DNA of 64,000 nt from Candidatus Hydrogenedentota bacterium. Lineage in GTDB: Bacteria > Hydrogenedentota > Hydrogenedentia > Hydrogenedentales > SLHB01. Where the stretch lies: contig JAWXCN010000032.1 in the NCBI GenBank assembly GCA_034408725.1, forward strand, positions 13,517 through 77,516, in the 5' to 3' direction. Position numbers and translations under genes: made by a program. The number at the start of each line of letters is the position of its first letter. Position 1 is the first letter of the stretch. The notes under the pieces were generated by a model. The model searched no databases. It was given only the letters and a program-made list of their open reading frames with translations, and had not been told where the DNA came from. This document shows positions 54,243 through 61,370 of the stretch, piece by piece.

Positions 54243-55310
54243 TTACCATGAGTCTGGAAATGTTACGTAATATCCCGAAATACGGCCACCTTCCGTACGA
54301 ATCTCGTAATCAATAATTAACCTTACTTTTCCGGCTACCTGTACACTGCAAGGGTAACTCCCATCCAATATGGCGCTGCCATCGGCCATGTATTGATAGC
54401 AATTTCCCTTCGAATCCAAATCCCAACTGACAAACGTGGGATCACTCGTTTTCACGGCACTCACCGACACCATCCGCTGATCGCTATAGACCAGCGTCGG
54501 CGTGTTGCCGTGCCAGCTCAATTGTGGTGGTGACGGAAAACGCTGGCTTTGAACATTGGTTTTTTGCGGTATTGACCACGTTTTGCCGCGGTCCTTGCTT
54601 TCGGTTACCCAGAAATAACCATCGGACTGCGGGATATTGTTCCGCGAGATTCCAATGATATGTTTTGACTCAAGTTCGAGGGCATCCCACTCGTCCCCGA
54701 CGAATCCGTCGGTATCGGGGATTGCGAATGATTCCCAGTTCCGACCGTTGTTGTACGAGAGCGCGGCGATCGCGCCGTTGCCGGGGGCCTTGTACAGTGG
54801 TAACAAGACGTCGCCGTTAGAAAGTACGACGCCGGCAGAGCGCGTGCGCGTATTCGGCACGCCGACGGACTGTGGCGCGGACCACGTTTTTCCGCCATCA
54901 CCGGATCGGGCGGTCATCGCCAGGGACACCTCGTCTCTGGTATACGAATTATAGGAGAGGAGCAATTCGCCGTTCGGCAGTTCGACAATGGCGACGTTAC
55001 GATCATCGACACCGGGCTCATCGACAATTACGCTGGCAGATGACCATGTGCGGCCCTTGTCCGAACTCGTTGCAAGCATGACGCGCCCTTCAGCGGAGAA
55101 CATGTGTTCGGTGCCTTCGCGCCACACGCAATACAACGTGCCGCTGGCTCCGGCGGTGATCCACGGCCAACCCGGGTACTTGCCTTCGTAGATGATGACG
55201 TCGGGTTTTGTGCGCTGGAACGCATCAGTCGATACCTGCGCGAAACTGCCCGCGCCGATGCCCGCCATTCCCGCCGCGGTCAATGCCAGAAAACGTCGTC
55301 GTGTGTGCAT
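54243..55310 (-). CDS. BNR-repeat exo-alpha-sialidase-like protein with TAT signal
   Basis: Lies within ORF 54243..55388, with the ATG at 55310 (MHTRRRFLALTAAGMAGIGAGSFA). There are three Asp-boxes: SSDKGRTWS, SGDGGKTWS and SKDRGKTWS. Confidence 0.82.
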   Translation of the reverse strand: MHTRRRFLALTAAGMAGIGAGSFAQVSTDAFQRTKPDVIIYEGKYPGWPWITAGASGTLYCVWREGTEHMFSAEGRVMLATSSDKGRTWSSASVIVDEPGVDDRNVAIVELPNGELLLSYNSYTRDEVSLAMTARSGDGGKTWSAPQSVGVPNTRTRSAGVVLSNGDVLLPLYKAPGNGAIAALSYNNGRNWESFAIPDTDGFVGDEWDALELESKHIIGISRNNIPQSDGYFWVTESKDRGKTWSIPQKTNVQSQRFPSPPQLSWHGNTPTLVYSDQRMVSVSAVKTSDPTFVSWDLDSKGNCYQYMADGSAILDGSYPCSVQVAGKVRLIIDYEIRTEGGRISGYYVTFPDSW

Positions 55311-55398
55311 TACGCCCTCTCCCGATTTCAGTGAGGGAACATTATACCCAATGGTACCGCAGGCATTTAGTAGCGCCGCAATTGCCAAGGGCGGCGGG

Positions 55399-55424
55399 TG
55401 TAGCGCTGAATTCCGATTCGGCGC
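55399..55424 (-). repeat. 26-nt repeat, inverted copy
   Basis: TGTAGCGCTGAATTCCGATTCGGCGC is the exact reverse complement of 55837-55862 and 56372-56397. Confidence 0.9.
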
Positions 55425-55661
55425 GTGCCGGAGAGAACGACCACATCAGGTTCGAGCGAGTGAACATGTTCAATAACCCGGACCGCAAACAAAGCACCCC
55501 AGTCGCATCCTCCGCGCCACCGACTCCGGAGCACGCCGCGTTTGGCAAACGAGGCGCTACCTGGGAATGCGCGCAGTCCCACGCTCCAAATTTGCGTGGA
55601 GTCTTATTCGTGCTGATGGGTCATTCCTTTATAGATTAGGCCGAGACGTTGCAGTGGGGTT

Positions 55662-55703
55662 GGAAATTAATTTAAGGGGTATTTATGGATTTGCGTAGAA
55701 TGG
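55662..55703 (+). repeat. 42-nt AT-rich conserved intergenic block, copy 2
   Basis: GGAAATTAATTTAAGGGGTATTTATGGATTTGCGTAGAATGG matches 4289-4330 at 36 of 42 positions. Confidence 0.7.
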
Positions 55704-55738
55704 ACTGACACGGACTGATATGGACAGACACGGACAAA
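55699..55738 (+). repeat. Period-10 array of NGGAC units x4
   Basis: ATGGACTGAC ACGGACTGAT ATGGACAGAC ACGGACAAAA, with GGAC at 55702, 55712, 55722 and 55732. Confidence 0.75.
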
Positions 55739-55836
55739 ATGAATTGGGTTCGGGATGTTCGGCACCACCATTCAACCGTCCGGCCGCGACTGGAACACAT
55801 AGGCGACGCGCATCGGGCTTGGTCGACCTTCCGACT

Positions 55837-55862
55837 GCGCCGAATCGGAATTCAGCGCTACA
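55837..55862 (+). repeat. 26-nt repeat, direct copy 1
   Basis: GCGCCGAATCGGAATTCAGCGCTACA. The 28-nt version TGCGCCGAATCGGAATTCAGCGCTACAT is identical to 56371-56398. Confidence 0.9.
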
Positions 55863-55919
55863 TGGTTGCTCTCAAACGATACTTTACCTATCATTGATCA
55901 ATTAGGAGGCTATCCGCCC

Positions 55920-56138
55920 ATGGACGTTGTCATACCGCTCGACAAAATGTCGGTCGCAGAAAAATTGCGCGCAATGGAAGAGTCCTGGGACGACCTTCAA
56001 CGCGGATCGGGCGAGGTACCCTCGCCTGCCTGGCATGAAGACATTCTCCGCGCTCGAGAAAACCGCGTCAACGAAGGTGTGTCCAATTATGCTGACTGGT
56101 CCGAAGCAAAAGATAGGATTCCTCGTCAGACCCAATGA
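55920..56138 (+). CDS. Putative addiction-module antitoxin component (TIGR02574-like)
   Basis: Lies within ORF 55866..56138. The ATG at 55920 is 10 nt after AGGAGG. MDVVIPLDKMSVAEKLRAMEESWDDLQR...PAWHEDILRARENRVNEG...WSEAKDRI fits the family pattern. Confidence 0.65.
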   Translation: MDVVIPLDKMSVAEKLRAMEESWDDLQRGSGEVPSPAWHEDILRARENRVNEGVSNYADWSEAKDRIPRQTQ

Positions 56139-56209
56139 GGGTTCAAATCCTTGAAGCTTCTGTTGGTTTGCGGGTGGCGAGTTCAACTTCTGCGATGGAG
56201 GGGTTGTGA
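56135..56209 (+). pseudogene. Possible truncated RelE/ParE-like toxin remnant
   Basis: The ATG overlaps the antitoxin stop (ATGA 56135-56138), the usual TA coupling. MRVQILEAS is a ParE/RelE-like start, but the frame stops after 24 codons. I could not convincingly recover the rest in other frames. Confidence 0.3.
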
Positions 56210-56371
56210 GGCCACAGGACTGCACCGCTCTCACGCGAGCGAGACACTACTTTGCAGCCCGTTATCTCCGGTATAGCGACTGCGCGACATGCGTTTACCG
56301 TAGGTCTACCTATGTTACGCTGATCTCCGATGGGGAATTTTTTGATCGAGCCGTGGGTATCGGTCATGCAT

Positions 56372-56397
56372 GCGCCGAATCGGAATTCAGCGCTACA
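56372..56397 (+). repeat. 26-nt repeat, direct copy 2
   Basis: GCGCCGAATCGGAATTCAGCGCTACA, identical to 55837-55862. Confidence 0.9.
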
Positions 56398-56529
56398 TCA
56401 GTGGGATTGGAGATTATTTGAAGCGGAATTTATGAGTTCGTGCAAAATTGATGAACATAAATGGAAGAGGAGTGCACCTAGCAGGGTGGAAACAGAAGTA
56501 ATAAAGTTTTCCAGAGAGCTTTTGCGTTT

Positions 56530-57591
56530 TTACATTTCTCGGTTGGCAAAACTTATCTCGAAAAATTTATCCAAGTCAAGCCGATAAACCCGTCTGCAGC
56601 CACTTGTGTATTGTTCGGGATGTGCGAACTCACGCGGTGTGGGATAGGCAATAGTAATGTCGTCCATAAATGCGCGAAAAATACCCACTGCAACAGCCTG
56701 CATTTTACTGCCGGTGGGCGCTACTATAATTCGCTCAAATTCGCCGTGCGCGTTGTATATATTTGAAAGGTTATCAATGGTCTCACCGTATTCCAATGTG
56801 CTGGCATAAAAATCCTCTCTCGACGCCAAAGAATTCGTGTTATTCAATTCTTGAATCGCCTTTAATCGCCATATATTTTCCTCCGCTGGAGGAATTCCAT
56901 GAATCAAAGTAATTGCTGATGGCTGAGTTTCATTTCTTAGTGCTGATAGTTGATCAACATTGAAAGAGGGGAAAAATACTAATCTCGTTGGTTGTCCTTG
57001 AAGTGCGACGGACGACAATTCCGGTATAATGGCAACTTCAATCACGCCCTTTGACAGAAATAATATATCATAGGGATTATACCCCCTGTCGGCAATTCTT
57101 CTGGCAACCTCTTTTTGATCAGGCGGGTACTTTTCTGCTTCGGTATAGATAACAGTGCAATTGCTAAAGCCCATCGAATGCTTACCGACAGCCGCTAAAA
57201 TCTGAACAATGAGCAATTTCGACATTGCAGATATATCAATGAATAAACGCCCTTTGCCGGACCTGATACTTTCAAGAAGTTCTTCGCCGAACCACGCTGG
57301 ATCTTCTCTATCGTAGACTCCTGACATATTATTTACGGCACGGTTATCCGCAAAGAGTTCTATCTCTGCAGATCTATTTTGAACCAGACTGGGAGAGTAA
57401 ATGATTTTAAACACCGTGATATCGTTTGGGCACTTCGTCGCGACCAAACTTGGTACATAGTGAGCTCGATCCTCAAATCCGGCGCAATAGACAAGCTCGT
57501 CGCCTGGCTCAAGAGCCAAGTCAGCAATAGAAGTGAGGCGGGGCTTGTCAACCTGGCAAAGCAACTGGTCGATTCTGAGGACAGTATGCAT
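56530..57591 (-). CDS. Island gene C: 353-aa protein of unknown function, tandem Rossmann-like alpha/beta segments
   Basis: The ATG (57591-57589) directly abuts the TAA stop of gene B (57594-57592). There are strand-then-polar signatures GRLFIDISAMSKLL (aa 114-127) and ERIIVAPTGSKMQAVAVG (aa 286-303). No PD-(D/E)xK, HNH, PLD, TIR or SIR2 motif was recognised. GC is low. Confidence 0.75.
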   Translation of the reverse strand: MHTVLRIDQLLCQVDKPRLTSIADLALEPGDELVYCAGFEDRAHYVPSLVATKCPNDITVFKIIYSPSLVQNRSAEIELFADNRAVNNMSGVYDREDPAWFGEELLESIRSGKGRLFIDISAMSKLLIVQILAAVGKHSMGFSNCTVIYTEAEKYPPDQKEVARRIADRGYNPYDILFLSKGVIEVAIIPELSSVALQGQPTRLVFFPSFNVDQLSALRNETQPSAITLIHGIPPAEENIWRLKAIQELNNTNSLASREDFYASTLEYGETIDNLSNIYNAHGEFERIIVAPTGSKMQAVAVGIFRAFMDDITIAYPTPREFAHPEQYTSGCRRVYRLDLDKFFEISFANREM

Positions 57592-60090
57592 TTATATATC
57601 CTCTTCTTTAGTATCAGTAAACTCCAATTGCACGTCATCGGTGCCCATCCGAACGGATGGCCCATACTCCGAAAAAGGTTTGCGAAGGCGATAGGCATCC
57701 TCAAATTTATTTGGATTGAGTAAAAGGCCTTCAATTTCGCTTGGTTCTAACTCAACCGAATCTCTCCGACTAAACGTGAGGCCAAAATGTGGAAGTAAGC
57801 ATCGACGCAAATACAAGCGGGGAACCACTTTGCCGCGTCGACTTTTTCCACGCGGATCTTCAATGAATAAAGAATATCGAAGCAACTCTCTATAAACGCT
57901 CAACGCCTCTTTTCCTAAATTTAAATCCTCATATGGTTCGATTCGAGATGCCAAATAGGGTGGCGATGAACTTTCATTCTTGCTGTCCCGAAACTTAAGA
58001 TAGGAAAAGGCGACAACTGCGAACGCGGTCACGACATGAACTAAATGCTCGCCGTTGCTAGTGCCGCGCAAACCCTGCAAAAAACTCCCAGCTTCAGAGC
58101 GAATTGCATCGGCTTGTATCTCCTTCCGAAGTTTCGGTACTGCTGGCGATGTTTTAAGGGCAGACGCTCCTCCGGCGTCCTCGATCATGCGGCCAACCAG
58201 TCCAATCAGATAGAAAACATCTCCGCTACACAATTCAGAAAGTGAATGTCGGCCCCAAACGTTAAGTTTTTTGTCGTTTCTGATGGCACGTGCTATATCG
58301 TTGTAGCTCCTTGAGTCTGACTCTCCTAGAAGCTCTAATAGAGTTTTAACAGGATATCCTTCGACGGCACCAAATCTTCTTGCAAACACATCTTCAATAA
58401 AAGCCAATTTTTCGTCTGGCTTAGCATGCAGAAAAACAAGACCCAAGTTTAATAGCTGAAACTCACGTCCTTCAACGTATGATTTCCCGTCGATATCGGA
58501 ACGCGCGTACGAAACGGGGCTTTCAGTAGAAAGTTTAAAAAAACAACATGATGTTCGCTGCATAAATAGTCTGTTAAGATTCTTTTGCAAATCGAGGGTG
58601 ATCTTGGGCATCGAGTAATCATCAACAAAGAAATAAAATGGGCGGTTATCAAGGCTCGGAAACTGCCTTAGAATCGCAGCGCACACAGTAGGCAAGATAT
58701 CTGGACCCCAAAGGCCTTCCATTGGGTGGTCATAGGTAAATCTATGTTTTAATCTAGCGCGTTTACGCTGCTTTGCCATAGCAAACTTTAGCGCTTCGAA
58801 AGTATTGCCACTTGGTTCAGTTATCGGATTTAGCTCAAGAAGTTTCAACAAATCGGAAGTCAGCTTTGATTCCAATTCCCGGAATTGGTCGGGAAAACTG
58901 ACACTGGTCCATTGTTCAATTGTTTCCAATACCTGTGAAATCAGAGTGGCCGATATGAAGTGCATGGGTAAATCTATCGCTTCGGTTCTCGAAGGTATTT
59001 CGTAACGTGGAAATGTTCCGTACAAGTCATCGCATCGATAGTAAATGCCAATATACGGAATGGTCGACAAATACTCGTCGCTTACCAATAATCGGTGCTG
59101 TAAGCTAAGACTCTTGAAGACAGTTGTCTTTCCACAGCCTCTAGGTCCAGTTAGTACCAAATTATTCCTATCTTCGATTTGGGTGACGCCTAGAAATTTG
59201 TTCGAATAAAGGGATCGCAATAGGCCATGGGAATCTCCTATTTGTTCACAACTCAAATAGTCGAACGGACTCGATAGGGAAACTTTCGTTTTTACCTGAG
59301 CCTCGCGGTGAAACGCCGTTGGGATATCTAGGAGTTTATGGTAAAGACCTTCGGGATTGCGGGCCAATTGATCGCGCGTGCGATCCCTTTCAGTCAAATG
59401 CCGAGCCAGAAAATGCGTATTTAGGACGTTATAGGTGTATCTTTCGAGTGGACTACAGTCTTGATAGTTAATATTTGCAAGGAGTTCCTGTAAGATGAGA
59501 GCCGTCTGATCATAATCGTCGCGGGCTTGGGACTCGCTCGTTGCTGATGTTACACCAAAGTCTGTTACGCGTATTCGATAATCCGGACCACCGAGTTGGC
59601 CAGTGCAATCTTCTACGAGAACATTCCCAGCGTGTATATCACCATGCCGAACGTGCATTTGTTCCATGTTGTGGAGCAACGCGAACATTGCCTTTAAAAA
59701 GTCCTCTATGAAGCCAACGCGGATCTGGTGCAGATGCTGTTTAATATACTCGCGTAGATCGATGCCTGGAATATATTCAAAGAAAAGAAGAACACAATCT
59801 ATATCGTTTGCTTCATCGAGCCAGGCCGTCATGGTTTGGAATCGTACCGCCACTGGCGTACTTAAGATGGCAACTTTTCGTATTTCGTCGAGCCATTGCG
59901 ATTCTTGAGCATTGACAAGGTTCACACGAGGAATTATTTTGCAAGCGACGGTATGTGAAGTGTTGGTGGCGAACGCTTCAAACATTAGTCCATTTAGTCC
60001 ACTTTTAATCAACCGTACAATTTTATAGTCGTCGCGACCCGGTATCGTGTGTTGTAGAAAAAATTCCGGTTTTGGAAGATTGCGTTTCAT
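57592..60090 (-). CDS. Island gene B: protein-kinase-like domain fused to P-loop NTPase with long C-terminal region
   Basis: 832 aa. Kinase-like core: GLNGLMFEA...HTVACKI (Lys51), HGDIHAGN (59623-59646) and DFG (59554-59562). Walker A is GPRGCGKT (59125-59148). Walker B-like is FYFFVDD (58618-58638). About 340 further residues carry no motif I recognise. The start overlaps the gene A stop (ATGA 60087-60090). Confidence 0.85.
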   Translation of the reverse strand: MKRNLPKPEFFLQHTIPGRDDYKIVRLIKSGLNGLMFEAFATNTSHTVACKIIPRVNLVNAQESQWLDEIRKVAILSTPVAVRFQTMTAWLDEANDIDCVLLFFEYIPGIDLREYIKQHLHQIRVGFIEDFLKAMFALLHNMEQMHVRHGDIHAGNVLVEDCTGQLGGPDYRIRVTDFGVTSATSESQARDDYDQTALILQELLANINYQDCSPLERYTYNVLNTHFLARHLTERDRTRDQLARNPEGLYHKLLDIPTAFHREAQVKTKVSLSSPFDYLSCEQIGDSHGLLRSLYSNKFLGVTQIEDRNNLVLTGPRGCGKTTVFKSLSLQHRLLVSDEYLSTIPYIGIYYRCDDLYGTFPRYEIPSRTEAIDLPMHFISATLISQVLETIEQWTSVSFPDQFRELESKLTSDLLKLLELNPITEPSGNTFEALKFAMAKQRKRARLKHRFTYDHPMEGLWGPDILPTVCAAILRQFPSLDNRPFYFFVDDYSMPKITLDLQKNLNRLFMQRTSCCFFKLSTESPVSYARSDIDGKSYVEGREFQLLNLGLVFLHAKPDEKLAFIEDVFARRFGAVEGYPVKTLLELLGESDSRSYNDIARAIRNDKKLNVWGRHSLSELCSGDVFYLIGLVGRMIEDAGGASALKTSPAVPKLRKEIQADAIRSEAGSFLQGLRGTSNGEHLVHVVTAFAVVAFSYLKFRDSKNESSSPPYLASRIEPYEDLNLGKEALSVYRELLRYSLFIEDPRGKSRRGKVVPRLYLRRCLLPHFGLTFSRRDSVELEPSEIEGLLLNPNKFEDAYRLRKPFSEYGPSVRMGTDDVQLEFTDTKEEDI

Positions 60091-61370
60091 TTTTTCTTAA
60101 GAACCAATATTCGTTCTTGGCGCGTACCTGCGCAGTCTTTTCTGGAGCGGCGTATGTCGGGGATGTTGTCAAGGAACGAATGCTGCAAAGTTAACGAAGG
60201 CGCGAATTGTGCGAAAATGGCAAGCGTTATGTCGCTTGGATGTAATGTACCTCTTCGAGTGACGGTTTCCCCAACAATAAGAACACAGTGTCCATTGGAA
60301 ACCAAACCTCTTTCTGCACACGCAGCTAACTTTTGAATCGCCTTGCGAAAATCGTCTTCGTTCCGGGTCATACTATTATCTGTAACGGTCTCGGCATCTT
60401 GTGTCAAGAACCATAGGCGCAGGCGATTATCTCGGACATAATCCAGCGCATTCATATAAGGCGGACTACTCACGATGCAGTCAAAACTCTGCGGGAAGGC
60501 CAAGGCGCGTATCTCGCTGCGGCGAATCGTCCATTTTGGTATTTGTCGTGGAAGTTTCATTCGTTTATAAGCGCGAGTGATCTTTGCATGCATCCGCGGC
60601 ACGATTTCGCGATACTCGTACAAGTCGGGATGTTGTTCGCGGGGAAATCTTACGTTGCGAAGGTATGGTACGAGATGACTGCTCGGGTATGATAAAAAAC
60701 CTGGCCTTTGGTGGTGCAGGATGCCGAGCAAGCAAGCTAGTGTGAAATGGTCTCGCTTTTTCCTGCAAACTGTCGCAAGCCGAATCGCACTCTTAAGGGT
60801 ACGCGGGTGAAAGAAACGCCGCACCCAGATGGGAACTTGTCGTAAATCTGGTTCCGGAAGGAGTAATGATTCGCTATAAGCACAATCGAAATTTAGAATC
60901 GCCGATTGAAGATTTATAGGAGCTGCTAGCTTGGCGCAGGTAAGTACGGTCGCATATTGGCTTACGTCCGATGCGAATATACGCCGTCCAAGTCGTATAG
61001 CTTCAAGTGGTATGGTTCCCGCGCCGCAAAACGGATCGACGATGAGATTTCCATTTTTCGTATACCTGGAAATTAGGTCCGAAGCAATGGAACTTTTGAG
61101 TTTTCCTATGTATGGGGATAGTTGATGCAAGGTGCATTCTGAATTTGCACATGAGTCGCTCCAATGGCGCGGAGCCAATTTAGTCTCTGATTGACGGGGT
61201 TCAGATTGTGTTTTTAACGGCTTTTTTTTCTCGTATATCTGCGCAGTGCCAATTGTTGCCGTTGCTTGGTTGTATTTCATACGCATGCTTTTCATTATAA
61301 CCCCCAATAAGTTAACACATGAGGTAAGCCCTTCGCGAGGTCGGCCGTTAAAATGAATAACCTTGTGCAA
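60087..61370 (-). CDS. Island gene A: SAM-dependent DNA amino-methyltransferase (SPPY catalytic motif, motif I upstream of motif IV)
   Basis: Motif X/I is LHQLSPYIGKLKSSIASDLISRYTKNGNLIVDPFCGAGTIPLEAIRLGRRIFASD (VDPFCGAGT at 61014-61040). Motif IV is FDCIVSSPPY (SPPY at 60456-60467). An alternative start is at 61295 (MKSMRMKY), 7 nt after GGGGG. Confidence 0.82.
   Translation of the reverse strand: MHKVIHFNGRPREGLTSCVNLLGVIMKSMRMKYNQATATIGTAQIYEKKKPLKTQSEPRQSETKLAPRHWSDSCANSECTLHQLSPYIGKLKSSIASDLISRYTKNGNLIVDPFCGAGTIPLEAIRLGRRIFASDVSQYATVLTCAKLAAPINLQSAILNFDCAYSESLLLPEPDLRQVPIWVRRFFHPRTLKSAIRLATVCRKKRDHFTLACLLGILHHQRPGFLSYPSSHLVPYLRNVRFPREQHPDLYEYREIVPRMHAKITRAYKRMKLPRQIPKWTIRRSEIRALAFPQSFDCIVSSPPYMNALDYVRDNRLRLWFLTQDAETVTDNSMTRNEDDFRKAIQKLAACAERGLVSNGHCVLIVGETVTRRGTLHPSDITLAIFAQFAPSLTLQHSFLDNIPDIRRSRKDCAGTRQERILVLKKK

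Noticed and set aside
56140-56150. GGTTCAAATCC, a tRNA T-arm/T-loop-like string that might mark a tRNA gene or an island att site
   Set aside because: The flanking sequence cannot form acceptor, D or anticodon arms, and the 3' half of the T stem pairs poorly (AGGG/CCTT). The string lies at the start of the toxin-remnant ORF. GGTTCGATTCC at about 49425 is likewise inside the FGGY kinase coding frame.
56143-56587. ORFs 56143..56367 (-), 56206..56421 (+) and 56330..56587 (+) between the antitoxin and gene C
   Set aside because: They are mutually overlapping, have no SD sequence or motifs, and cross the 26-nt repeat. I tried to read 56206..56421 as the C-terminal half of a frameshifted ParE-like toxin but could not align the expected motif pattern convincingly.
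56530-61370. Reading the island operon as an ordinary type II or type III restriction-modification system
   Set aside because: I found no PD-(D/E)xK, HNH, GIY-YIG or PLD nuclease motif and no SF2 helicase motifs (needed for type I/III Res) in genes B or C. Gene B instead carries kinase-like motifs. This is not excluded, because divergent nucleases are hard to see by eye.
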